A DNA stretch of 64,000 nt from Myxococcales bacterium (GTDB lineage: Bacteria > Desulfobacterota > Binatia > HRBIN30): positions 29,496-93,495 of the forward strand of contig JBBILD010000014.1 in the NCBI GenBank assembly GCA_037445065.1. Direction: 5' to 3'. The translations under genes and the position numbers were made by a program. Below the pieces are notes generated by a model, which was not told the DNA's origin, made no database searches, and saw nothing but the letters and a program-made list of their open reading frames with translations. Each line of letters opens with the position of its first letter. Position 1 is the stretch's first letter. This document shows positions 10,342-19,100 of this stretch, in pieces.

Positions 10342-11274
10342 ATGGGAAGACCCGTTTGCAAAGTGTTGGGTTGGTTGGTGGGAAGTTGGGCGTTGGCCTT
10401 TTGGGCCGGGCTTGCCCTTGCCGCCTCAGGTCCGCCCGTTCAGCGCGTTCCTGCAGCCTTGCTGATGTTCCCGTACATTGAATCCGGTGGAGGGCGGGAG
10501 ACTCGGATTGAACTAACCAACCTCAGCGGCTTCCCGATTCAGTTGGACTGTTTTTACGTGAGCGCCGAGAGCACGACCTGCACGGAGATTGGTTTTGTTT
10601 TGGCACTCACCCCGTATCAGCCGTTCACTTGGCTTGCCAGCGAAGGCATGAGTAACGTGGTGAACGGGACGGCAGCGCCGCCCTTCGGAGGTACCGGGGA
10701 ACTCAAGTGCGCGGTGGTGCCGCCGGAACCTGACCAGGCCTTGTACAACGTGGTTCAGGGTCGCGCGACGGTGTACGCGGACAATGGCGAGACGGTTTCG
10801 TACACTGCGTACGGTTTTCAGCGTTTTACGGGCGGGGAGTACGATGGGGTCCTGCGGCTCGATGGCCAGCAGTACGCACAGTGCCCGGACCGCCTCCAGT
10901 TCTTGGTACTCACCGACACTCCAGCCGGGCGCAGCGAGCTGATCTTACTACCCTGTTCGCAGGACTTGTTGCTGCAGTCCTTCGCGTCGGTTACGGCCCA
11001 ACTGCTGATTACCAATGAGTACGGGCAGACTCTGTCCAGTTCTTACAGCGTGGGTTGCTTTTCCAGGCGCTTTTTAGGGGACATTGCGGATTTCCTGAAC
11101 CGCGCCACAGCGGGTACCGACACCGCTCGCATCACCGTGCGCGGGGTGCGTGAACCTCTGATTGGGTTGGTCATTGACGCAGTTCCTTCTGGAGCGTCCT
11201 TCGGTTTGGCGGGCAACGAGCCGTTTTTCCAAGGAGGTCGGTCGGCCACCATTACCGTGCCGCGTACCCAGTAA
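10342..11274 (+). CDS. Secreted Cys-containing hypothetical protein
   Basis: Signal peptide ending ALA-A; domain clearly paralogous to the C-terminal domain of the next gene. Confidence 0.75.
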   Translation: MGRPVCKVLGWLVGSWALAFWAGLALAASGPPVQRVPAALLMFPYIESGGGRETRIELTNLSGFPIQLDCFYVSAESTTCTEIGFVLALTPYQPFTWLASEGMSNVVNGTAAPPFGGTGELKCAVVPPEPDQALYNVVQGRATVYADNGETVSYTAYGFQRFTGGEYDGVLRLDGQQYAQCPDRLQFLVLTDTPAGRSELILLPCSQDLLLQSFASVTAQLLITNEYGQTLSSSYSVGCFSRRFLGDIADFLNRATAGTDTARITVRGVREPLIGLVIDAVPSGASFGLAGNEPFFQGGRSATITVPRTQ

Positions 11275-11277
11275 ATC

Positions 11278-12807
11278 ATGACCGATTTTTTGCGCACGCT
11301 CGGGGCTTTTCTGTTCGCCTGGTTCAACCTGCTGATCCAGGGAAACCCCTCGTTGCCGACGCCACGGCCAACGGGAACGCCGACCATCATCGTTCGCTCG
11401 ACGCCGACGCTTTCGCCTTCACGCGAACCGACACGCTCGCCGACGCTCTTCGTTCCCTCACCGAGTCCCACCCGACCTGATGCGACCCGGTTCCCATCGC
11501 CCACCGCGACCGCGAGTTTATCGCCGAGGCCTCGTCCTTCCTTCGCGCCGACTGCCACGAGCCGCCCGCTGACGGCGACTCCCTCGCCGCGGCCGACTTT
11601 CACTGCCACTCCGACGCGAACAGAAAGTGCAACCAGAAGCGCGACTCCCACAAGGAGCCTCACGGCGACCCGAACACCCTCTCGCACCTCGAGCCCTACT
11701 TCTTCGGCCACGGAAACTCGTACCACCACGCCAACACGAACAGCCTCGCAGACCCGCACCCCGTCGGGGACTGCGACTTCGAGTGCGACCGCTACGAGGA
11801 CGCCAACCGCCTCTCCAACGCGGACGATCACCGCCACGCGGACACCGACCTCGACTCGACTCCCGACTGCGACGCCCCAGCCGAGTGCCACATTTACAGC
11901 TTCGCCCTCCCCGCGGCCGACGCTTCCGAGAGGGGAGCAAGACCCCCTCGGCGTGGTTGCCGCGGGCAATCCGCCTGCCCAAAAGCTTCCGGCGGCGGTG
12001 TTGATTTTCCCGTTGGTGCGCGCCACCGCAACGAGCGATACGCGCATCGAGATTGCGAATGCGTCCGGTAACGCCACGGTCGCGCGTTGTTTTTACGTGA
12101 CCGCGGATACCTGCAATGAGATCGGTTTTTACGCTTCGTTGCGTGCCTCTGGTGTGGCGATGCAAAGTGGTGGACCGCTTTCTTGGTTGGTCAGTTCCGG
12201 ACTTTCTGGTAACGGCGAGCGCATCGCGCCGCCGTTTTCGGGCGACGGTGAACTCAAGTGCTTCGTGAGCGACAATCAGTTGGTCGGTCGAGCGCTGGTG
12301 ATGGACGCCACCGGGGAACGCATTGGATACTCCGCCATTGCTTTCCGCAGGTTGGGGGCAGCGAGCATGACCCAGATTTCGCTGGACGGGGTGCAGTACG
12401 AAGCGTGCCCGGACCGTTTGCATTTCAATGTCCTCTCCCAAACCATAACTTCGAACAGCGAGTTGATTCTGGTGCCGTGCACGCAGAATCTGGAGGTTCA
12501 GACGTCTGTCACAACCGTGGTTCAGTACGCCGTGGTGAATGAATTCGAGCAAGTGTTCTCAGGGTCGAGTAACTTGCGCTGCATGGACCGCAGGAGATTC
12601 TCTACGATTGCCGCGCTCCGCAAATCCAGTATCGGGACAGACACTGCGCACTTGGTGGTCCGCGGGGTGGATGTTCCCGTCATTGGTTTGGTGATCGATC
12701 GTTTTGTTGTTCCCGGTTCCGGGGCAACTTCAGTGTCTAGTAACGAGCCGTACCTGGAGGGATCGCGCGCCGCGACGATCCAATTGCCCGAGCCAGATTT
12801 CCCGTGA
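11278..12807 (+). CDS. Secreted or membrane-anchored protein with a long Thr/Pro/Ser linker and the paralogous Cys domain
   Basis: Hydrophobic N-terminus, ~190 aa T/P/S/R low-complexity tract, then the PAAVLIFP...CFYV...GELKC...CPDRL domain. Confidence 0.8.
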   Translation: MTDFLRTLGAFLFAWFNLLIQGNPSLPTPRPTGTPTIIVRSTPTLSPSREPTRSPTLFVPSPSPTRPDATRFPSPTATASLSPRPRPSFAPTATSRPLTATPSPRPTFTATPTRTESATRSATPTRSLTATRTPSRTSSPTSSATETRTTTPTRTASQTRTPSGTATSSATATRTPTASPTRTITATRTPTSTRLPTATPQPSATFTASPSPRPTLPRGEQDPLGVVAAGNPPAQKLPAAVLIFPLVRATATSDTRIEIANASGNATVARCFYVTADTCNEIGFYASLRASGVAMQSGGPLSWLVSSGLSGNGERIAPPFSGDGELKCFVSDNQLVGRALVMDATGERIGYSAIAFRRLGAASMTQISLDGVQYEACPDRLHFNVLSQTITSNSELILVPCTQNLEVQTSVTTVVQYAVVNEFEQVFSGSSNLRCMDRRRFSTIAALRKSSIGTDTAHLVVRGVDVPVIGLVIDRFVVPGSGATSVSSNEPYLEGSRAATIQLPEPDFP

Positions 12808-12822
12808 ACGGGCGCCTGTTCC

Positions 12823-13605
12823 ATGGGGCTTGAGGAATTCGATCGCTTTGCCTTCGAATTCGGAGGCACCTCGCGCCTTGTGTACCGGGCTGGGCACGGT
12901 CCGGCGGTGGTCGTCATGCACGAGATCCCGGGTATCACTCCACAGGTCCTGCGCTTTGTGTGCGCCGTCCGTGACGCCGGTTTCACCGTGTACGTGCCGC
13001 ACCTGTTCGGTGTGGCGGGGAAGCCGTTTTCTCTACCGTACGCAGCGTTTGAGCTCGCTCGGGTCTGTGTAAGCCGGGAGTTTTGGGTGCTGGCTCGCAA
13101 TCGAGCCAGTCCAATCACCACTTGGTTGCGCGCGTTGTGTCGCCAGGCTCATCGCGAGTGCGGTGGCCCCGGCGTTGGTGCCCTGGGTATGTGTTTGACA
13201 GGCAACTTCGCCTTGGCGCTGATGGTTGATCCAGCGGTGCAGGCACCAGTCCTGAGCCAGCCCTCGCTTCCGTTCCCGATCAGCAAGAGCCACCGTGCCG
13301 CCTTGCATCTCGCGCCGCAGCAATTGGAGGTGGTGAAGGAGCGGGCAAAGTTAGGATGCCCCGTGTTGGGCTTGCGCTTTACCCATGATCCCCTCTGCCC
13401 GGGCGAAAGATTTGCGCGCCTTCGTCAAGAGTTGGGAGAGGCCTTCGAAGCCATCGAGATTGATTCTTCGCCCGGCAATCCCCATGGAATCCCACGTCGT
13501 GCCCATTCGGTTCTGACCTTGGACTTCGTAGATGAGGCCGGACACCCGACCCGGACTGCCCTGGAGAGAGTGCTATCGTTTTTTACAGAACGGCTGCGAA
13601 GCTGA
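12823..13605 (+). CDS. Dienelactone hydrolase family protein
   Basis: HEIPG, nucleophile motif GMCLTG, late AHSVLT His. Confidence 0.85.
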   Translation: MGLEEFDRFAFEFGGTSRLVYRAGHGPAVVVMHEIPGITPQVLRFVCAVRDAGFTVYVPHLFGVAGKPFSLPYAAFELARVCVSREFWVLARNRASPITTWLRALCRQAHRECGGPGVGALGMCLTGNFALALMVDPAVQAPVLSQPSLPFPISKSHRAALHLAPQQLEVVKERAKLGCPVLGLRFTHDPLCPGERFARLRQELGEAFEAIEIDSSPGNPHGIPRRAHSVLTLDFVDEAGHPTRTALERVLSFFTERLRS

Positions 13606-13661
13606 GAAGCCTCGGTCGTTGGACGACTGGCACGATTCCGTACGCGCATGCAGGAGTAGTG

Positions 13662-14348
13662 TCACCACTTTTCATACTGCACGGCTCGACGATCGTATCC
13701 GGCCTGCCGCAAAAGATCGCGAATCCGGTAAACATCCGGGCCGACCCCACACACAAAAAAGCGGGCGCTAGGGTCTCGCTCGCCTTCCACATAGCGTCCC
13801 TCGATGTAACGCACGGCATCCACGGAGAACAACGCCTCGTATTCGAAGTTGCGTTGCGTGCGCACGGCGCGCACGAATTCGTCGCGATAGAGCTGATGCG
13901 CGAGCTCGGGCACAAAGTGGTGCAAGCGCAACAAATGGCCTTGGGTCGTGCTCCAGGCTCGGTGTAGCATGGGTCGAATGGCGGCAATGCCCGTTCCCAA
14001 GGCAACAAAAATGCAAGCAGCCTTGAGTGCGTGGCGCAAGACAAAGCTGCCCCACGGGCCAGTGAAACGGAGCCGCGCTCCAGGCCTCAACGAAAACAGG
14101 TAGTGAGAACCAACTCCTCCGGGAACCAAGTCCAGGACAATCTCCAACGGGCCTGGTTGTTCAGGTGGCGAGGCGATTGTGTACGGGCGCACGATTTCGC
14201 CGTTCACAGGAAGAAGAAAGGAGAGGAACTGTCCGGGGGCGTAATCGAACGAGGAGGGGCGCTCGAAGGAAAGGAGCCGGGTGTTTGGAGCCACATCGGA
14301 GGCACCTAGTAGCTCGACTTCGTAAACCGTCCTGGGGTCTGCGCTCAT
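13662..14348 (-). CDS. FAD/NAD(P)-binding oxidoreductase (ferredoxin reductase-like)
   Basis: PGQF, RPYTIAS, GPWG, GTGIA and FVCG motifs; C-terminal aromatic residue (YEKW). Confidence 0.88.
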   Translation of the reverse strand: MSADPRTVYEVELLGASDVAPNTRLLSFERPSSFDYAPGQFLSFLLPVNGEIVRPYTIASPPEQPGPLEIVLDLVPGGVGSHYLFSLRPGARLRFTGPWGSFVLRHALKAACIFVALGTGIAAIRPMLHRAWSTTQGHLLRLHHFVPELAHQLYRDEFVRAVRTQRNFEYEALFSVDAVRYIEGRYVEGERDPSARFFVCGVGPDVYRIRDLLRQAGYDRRAVQYEKW

Positions 14349-14626
14349 CTCGGTGTTGCGATTCAGCAAAGCCGTGCGGCGGACCCCGGTCAAGGATACC
14401 CGTGGGATGCCACCGTGCGGTCTGGGCGCGTTTCCGAGGGTGCAAAGCGTTGCCACCGGGCTGAGCCAGGGGCCATTGCATAGCTTGCTTGCGGCAGCCG
14501 CGTGCCCGGTTAGGCTCTGCCGGTTGCCGAGGGCCGTGTGAGGTGGCTGCTGCGAGGTCGCTGCGGTGCTTGCTCCAATGGGCAGCCGTGAGTAAAGCCT
14601 CGTGGTACGTTGAGCGGAGATCGGCC

Positions 14627-14821
14627 ATGGCGGAAACGGTTCGGCTTGGGAAAAACGGGGAGGTCGTCCTGCCGCGCCGGATCCGTGCTGCCTTGAGCCT
14701 GCAACCAGGGGACGAATTGGAAATCGCTCTGGAAGGGGAAGTCGTCTTGCTGCGCCGCAAGGCCGGCAGCTTTCGCTCGTACCTGGAGCGCCTTACTCGT
14801 ACTCGCCCGCCCACACGCTGA
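14627..14821 (+). CDS. AbrB/MazE/SpoVT family DNA-binding protein
   Basis: MAETVRLGKNGEVVLPRRIRAALSLQPGDELEI swapped-hairpin signature; GGAG upstream. Confidence 0.85.
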   Translation: MAETVRLGKNGEVVLPRRIRAALSLQPGDELEIALEGEVVLLRRKAGSFRSYLERLTRTRPPTR

Positions 14822-14868
14822 GCAGCGCTTGCTCGCAGCCCCACCGCAAAGCTGCTAGCGACCTTTTG

Positions 14869-15222
14869 ATGCCGAAACTCAGGGTGATTTACGAGCGCGG
14901 TGACCCCGATCTCGAGATCGAGTTCGATCGCTCGCGCGCGCCGTTCCAGCACGATGGCAAGCCTGGCTCCATCCTCGACGTGATCTTGGGTCATGGAGGC
15001 CAGCTAGAGCACGCGTGCGGAGGAAACTGCGCCTGTACGACGTGTCACGTGATCGTGAAGCAGGGGTACGATCAGCTCTCCGAGCCTTCGGAGGAAGAGC
15101 TGGACCTTTTGGACAAGGCTCCCGGACTCACTCCGACCTCACGCCTCGGTTGCCAAGCCGTGATCGGAAGCGAGTGCGAGATTGTCGTCATTGTCCCGAA
15201 ATACACCGTAAATGTGGCTTGA
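14869..15222 (+). CDS. fdx: 2Fe-2S ferredoxin (ISC/adrenodoxin type)
   Basis: EHACGGNCACTTCHV...SRLGCQ. Confidence 0.9.
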   Translation: MPKLRVIYERGDPDLEIEFDRSRAPFQHDGKPGSILDVILGHGGQLEHACGGNCACTTCHVIVKQGYDQLSEPSEEELDLLDKAPGLTPTSRLGCQAVIGSECEIVVIVPKYTVNVA

Positions 15223-15352
15223 GCTGCCCGCGATTCCCAAGCCTGGGAGCCGCTTCGTGTGCCACGCTCGCGACGCCGGTAGGGACCGTTGGAGGAACGG
15301 GCACCGGGGCATGCCTTTGTGAGAGGCACGCTTTTGGAATACGCATTGGGCA

Positions 15353-16492
15353 ATGTTGCCGGCAGATTTTCGCAGCGGCCTTGCGGGAACGGGAGGGATC
15401 GATTTCCGACGAACCCCGTTTACGGTGATTTGGGAGGTCACCCGCGCTTGCGACTTGCGTTGCGTGCACTGCCGAGCCGACGCACAGAGACAACGCGACC
15501 CGCGTGAACTCAGCACGGCAGAGGGGCAGTCCCTCCTCGAGCAAGTCCGCGATCTCGGGTCTCCCGTGTTTGTGTTCACGGGCGGTGATCCACTGCGGCG
15601 GCCGGACCTACTCGACCTCATTCGGTTCGCCAGTCAGATTGGTGTGCGGGCGGCCGTAACACCGAGTGGCACGCCGTTGTTGACTCCCGAGGTTGTGCGC
15701 CAGTTCGCGCGAGCCGGTGTGCAGCGGATGGCGTTGAGCGTGGACGGACCGGACGCTGTGTCTCACGATGGATTCCGCCAGCAACCCGGCTCTTTTGAAA
15801 TTACCGTGCGTGCCTTGCGGGCGGCTCGCGAGTGTGGCCTTCCCGCGCAGATCAATACCACGGTCACTCGCCACAACTGGAGGCGACTCGCAGAGATTGC
15901 CGACCTCGTGGGCGAACTGGGAGCGGTCACCTGGAGTGCATTCTTCCTGGTCACCACAGGTCGAGCCCGAATGCGGGATCAACTGGAAGCCGAGGAGTTC
16001 GAGTGGGTATTCTCCCAGTTGTACGAGATCGCGCAGCGGGTCCCATTTGTGGTTCGTACCACGGCCGCTCCGCATTACCGGCGGTATCTCGTCCAGCGGC
16101 GAACGGAGGCGAAGCGCGCTGGTTCCTCGCCTGCGGCAAGCGAAGCTTTTGATCCGTTGCGTGCTCCGCAGGGGGTGACCGACGGCAATGGCCTCGTTTT
16201 TATCTCTCACACGGGGGACGTATTTCCGAGCGGTTTTCTTCCGCTTCGCGCTGGGAATCTCCGCCAACAGTCGTTGGCCGAGATCTACCGGGAGGCGCCG
16301 CTTTTCCGGGCTTTACGCGATACGAGCCAGTTTCGTGGGAAATGTGGGCAGTGCGAGTTCGTCCACCTCTGTGGAGGCTCGCGTGCGCGGGCGTACGCCG
16401 AAACCGGTGACTATTTGGCTGCCGAGCCACGGTGCAGTTACGTGCCTCGGTCATGGGCACGAACGGCGCCGACCGAAGCACCCGCTGGGTAA
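15353..16492 (+). CDS. Radical SAM/SPASM protein (NirJ/AhbD-like, TIGR04053-type)
   Basis: WEVTRACDLRCVHCRA (CxxxCxxC), FTGGDPL, C-terminal GKCGQCEF..LCGGSRARAY..GDYLA.EP.C. Confidence 0.88.
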   Translation: MLPADFRSGLAGTGGIDFRRTPFTVIWEVTRACDLRCVHCRADAQRQRDPRELSTAEGQSLLEQVRDLGSPVFVFTGGDPLRRPDLLDLIRFASQIGVRAAVTPSGTPLLTPEVVRQFARAGVQRMALSVDGPDAVSHDGFRQQPGSFEITVRALRAARECGLPAQINTTVTRHNWRRLAEIADLVGELGAVTWSAFFLVTTGRARMRDQLEAEEFEWVFSQLYEIAQRVPFVVRTTAAPHYRRYLVQRRTEAKRAGSSPAASEAFDPLRAPQGVTDGNGLVFISHTGDVFPSGFLPLRAGNLRQQSLAEIYREAPLFRALRDTSQFRGKCGQCEFVHLCGGSRARAYAETGDYLAAEPRCSYVPRSWARTAPTEAPAG

Positions 16493-16493
16493 G

Positions 16494-19046
16494 TCAGGTT
16501 CGCGCTGGATCCGGCTTGTCCGCATCGATGCCCCATTCCCGCTGAGCCTCTTCGAGCACATCCGGGCTGAGTTCTCCTCGGCGTGCCAGAACGTAAAGGG
16601 CAGCGAGCGCGATGCATTCGGCGTCAACCTCGAAGAAGCGGCGCAAGGGCTTTCGTTCGTCGCTTCTGCCAAAGCCGTCCGTGCCGAGGGCGAACAGCCC
16701 CGCTGGCACAAAGGGAGCAAGAGCGTCTCCGAGAACTTTCATATAGTCACTGGCGGTGATCACAGGGTAAGGTTCCTCTTCGAGCAACTGCTCCAGGTAA
16801 CTCTTACGGGGAGCGGCGCTCGGGTGGAGGAAATTCCAGCGCCGGACTGCGAGGGCGTCGCGCCGCAGCTCGGTCCAGCTCGTCACGCTCCAGACGTGGG
16901 CAGCTACCTGATGCTCCGCGAGGAGCTCTTGGGCGTGCAGCGCCTCGCGGACGATGGCTCCACTCGCAAATAGGTGCACCTGGGGCCAGTTGCCGAGCGG
17001 GTCGGCAGGTTGCAACTTATAACAACCGCGCACAATTCCCTCGCGCACGTCGCCGGGCATCGGTGGTTGGACGTACAGTTCGTTGGTGACCGTCAGGTAA
17101 TAGAAGCAGTCCTCTCGTTCTTCGAACATGCGCCGCAGCCCGTCTTCGATGATCACTGCGATCTCGTACGCAAATGCCGGATCGTAAGCGCGGACCGTGG
17201 GAACCGTACTAGCAAGCACGTGGCTGTGCCCGTCTTGGTGTTGGAGCCCCTCGCCGGCGAGGGTTGTGCGGCCTGAGGTGGCACCGATCAGAAAGCCCTT
17301 GCCGCGTGCATCTGCGTTCTGCCAAATCAGGTCGCCCACACGCTGAAAACCAAACATGGAATAGAAGAAGAAAAAGGGAATCGTAGGTACTTGGTGGGTC
17401 GAGTACGCCGTTCCCGCCGCCATAAAGGAGGCCATGGCCCCAGCTTCCGTGATGCCTTCCTCGAGCAGTTGCCCATCGCTGGCTTCGCGATAATAGGCGA
17501 CCACGTTGGAATCGACTGGCTCGTAGAGTTGACCCTTCGGAGAGTAAATTCCGAACTTGCGGAATAGAGCGTCCATTCCAAACGTTCGCGCTTCATCGGC
17601 GACAATGGGAACGATCCATTTGCCAAGCTCGGGGTCGCTCATGAGCTGGCGGAGCATGCGCACGAGCACCATTGTCGTCGCCACTTCCCGATTCCCAGAC
17701 CCCTGATAGTACTCCTCGAATAAGCTCCGTGGCGGAGCGGGCACGGAAACGATGTGCGGGCGACGCTGAGGGAGGAAACCTCCGAGGGCGCGCCGCCGTT
17801 CCAGCAGGTACTCGATTTCCTCGCTATCCTCCAGGGGTTTGTAGAAAGGAGTTTCGCTGAGTTCGGCGTCGCTGATGGGAATCCCGAGCCGATCGCGGAA
17901 GGAGCGCAGTTCGCGCTCATTGAGTTTTTTCTGCTGGTGGGTCACGTTGCGCCCTTCACCTGCTTCTCCCAAGCCGTAACCCTTGATGGTTTTGGCCAGG
18001 ATCACCGTCGGCTGCCCCCGGTGTTCGATGGCAGCCTTGTAGGCCGCGTAGATTTTTTCGGGATCGTGTCCGCCACGACGGAGTTTGCGCAAGCGCGCAT
18101 CGGTGAGGTCGGCCACCAGTGCCAGTAACTCCGGGTGGACGCCAAAGAAGTGCTGCCGGATATAAGCGCCCGATTCGACCGTGTACTTTTGGTATTGGCC
18201 ATCCACAACTTCGTTCATGCGCTGGACGAGGAGGCCCTTTTTGTCGCGCGCGAGGAGCGGGTCCCAATCGCTTCCCCAAATGACCTTGATGACATTCCAT
18301 CCGGCCCCGCGAAACAGAGCTTCGAGTTCTTGGATGATCTTGCCGTTGCCGCGGACTGGCCCATCCAGGCGCTGGAGATTGCAGTTCACCACCCAAATGA
18401 GGTTGTCCAGCTCTTCACGTGCGGCGAGCGTGAGTGCTCCCACTGCTTCCGGCTCGTCCATTTCCCCGTCACCAAGGAAGGCCCAGACCCGGCCACCGTC
18501 ATGTTCAATCAGCCCCCGTGCCCGCAGGTAGCGGTTGAAGCGAGCCTGATAAATCGAGGCAATCGGGGAGAGGCCCATCGAGACCGTCGGGAACTGCCAA
18601 AAATCCGGCATCAGCCATGGGTGCGGATAAGAGGATAAACCACCGCCAGGGGCCAGCTCGCGGCGGAAATTGAGTAGTTGTTGCTCTGAGATCCGCCCCT
18701 CCAGATAGCCACGTGCATAAATGCCCGGAGAAGCATGCCCTTGAAAGAACACTTGGTCGCCGGGGTAGTGCTCGGTAGGGGCACGCAAGAAGTGATGGAA
18801 CGCGACCTCGAACAGCGTGGCGGCCGATGCGTACGTTGAAATGTGGCCTCCGATCCCTGGGTAGTGCTTGTTCGCATGCACCACCATGGCCATCGCGTTC
18901 CAGCGGATGATGTTCCGGATTCGCCGTTCGATCTCGAGGTCACCCGGATACGGTGGTTGTGCTTCCGCCGGGATGGTGTTCACGTATGGGGTGTTCCACG
19001 GCGAAGGCAGGCGTACTGCCGGTCGCGAGACGTCCATGGCCTTCAT
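16494..19046 (-). CDS. aceE: Pyruvate dehydrogenase E1, homodimeric type
   Basis: GGHISTYAS, QFPTVSMGL, GDGEMDEPE..NCNLQRLDGPV (ThDP motif), EEGITEAG, GTDGFGRSD. Confidence 0.95.
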   Translation of the reverse strand: MKAMDVSRPAVRLPSPWNTPYVNTIPAEAQPPYPGDLEIERRIRNIIRWNAMAMVVHANKHYPGIGGHISTYASAATLFEVAFHHFLRAPTEHYPGDQVFFQGHASPGIYARGYLEGRISEQQLLNFRRELAPGGGLSSYPHPWLMPDFWQFPTVSMGLSPIASIYQARFNRYLRARGLIEHDGGRVWAFLGDGEMDEPEAVGALTLAAREELDNLIWVVNCNLQRLDGPVRGNGKIIQELEALFRGAGWNVIKVIWGSDWDPLLARDKKGLLVQRMNEVVDGQYQKYTVESGAYIRQHFFGVHPELLALVADLTDARLRKLRRGGHDPEKIYAAYKAAIEHRGQPTVILAKTIKGYGLGEAGEGRNVTHQQKKLNERELRSFRDRLGIPISDAELSETPFYKPLEDSEEIEYLLERRRALGGFLPQRRPHIVSVPAPPRSLFEEYYQGSGNREVATTMVLVRMLRQLMSDPELGKWIVPIVADEARTFGMDALFRKFGIYSPKGQLYEPVDSNVVAYYREASDGQLLEEGITEAGAMASFMAAGTAYSTHQVPTIPFFFFYSMFGFQRVGDLIWQNADARGKGFLIGATSGRTTLAGEGLQHQDGHSHVLASTVPTVRAYDPAFAYEIAVIIEDGLRRMFEEREDCFYYLTVTNELYVQPPMPGDVREGIVRGCYKLQPADPLGNWPQVHLFASGAIVREALHAQELLAEHQVAAHVWSVTSWTELRRDALAVRRWNFLHPSAAPRKSYLEQLLEEEPYPVITASDYMKVLGDALAPFVPAGLFALGTDGFGRSDERKPLRRFFEVDAECIALAALYVLARRGELSPDVLEEAQREWGIDADKPDPART

Positions 19047-19100
19047 TGTATCCGCGCGGTCGGGTGCCTGCTACCGGAATGTGGCCGGCCTTCGGTGTGC

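Noticed and set aside
11043..12077. 344-aa Val/Gly-rich minus-strand ORF
   Set aside because: Antisense shadow of the Thr/Pro linker codons; the same applies to 46100-47395 and 2401-3150
14627..15222. Toxin-antitoxin pair
   Set aside because: The gene after the AbrB-like ORF is a clear ferredoxin, not a PIN or MazF toxin
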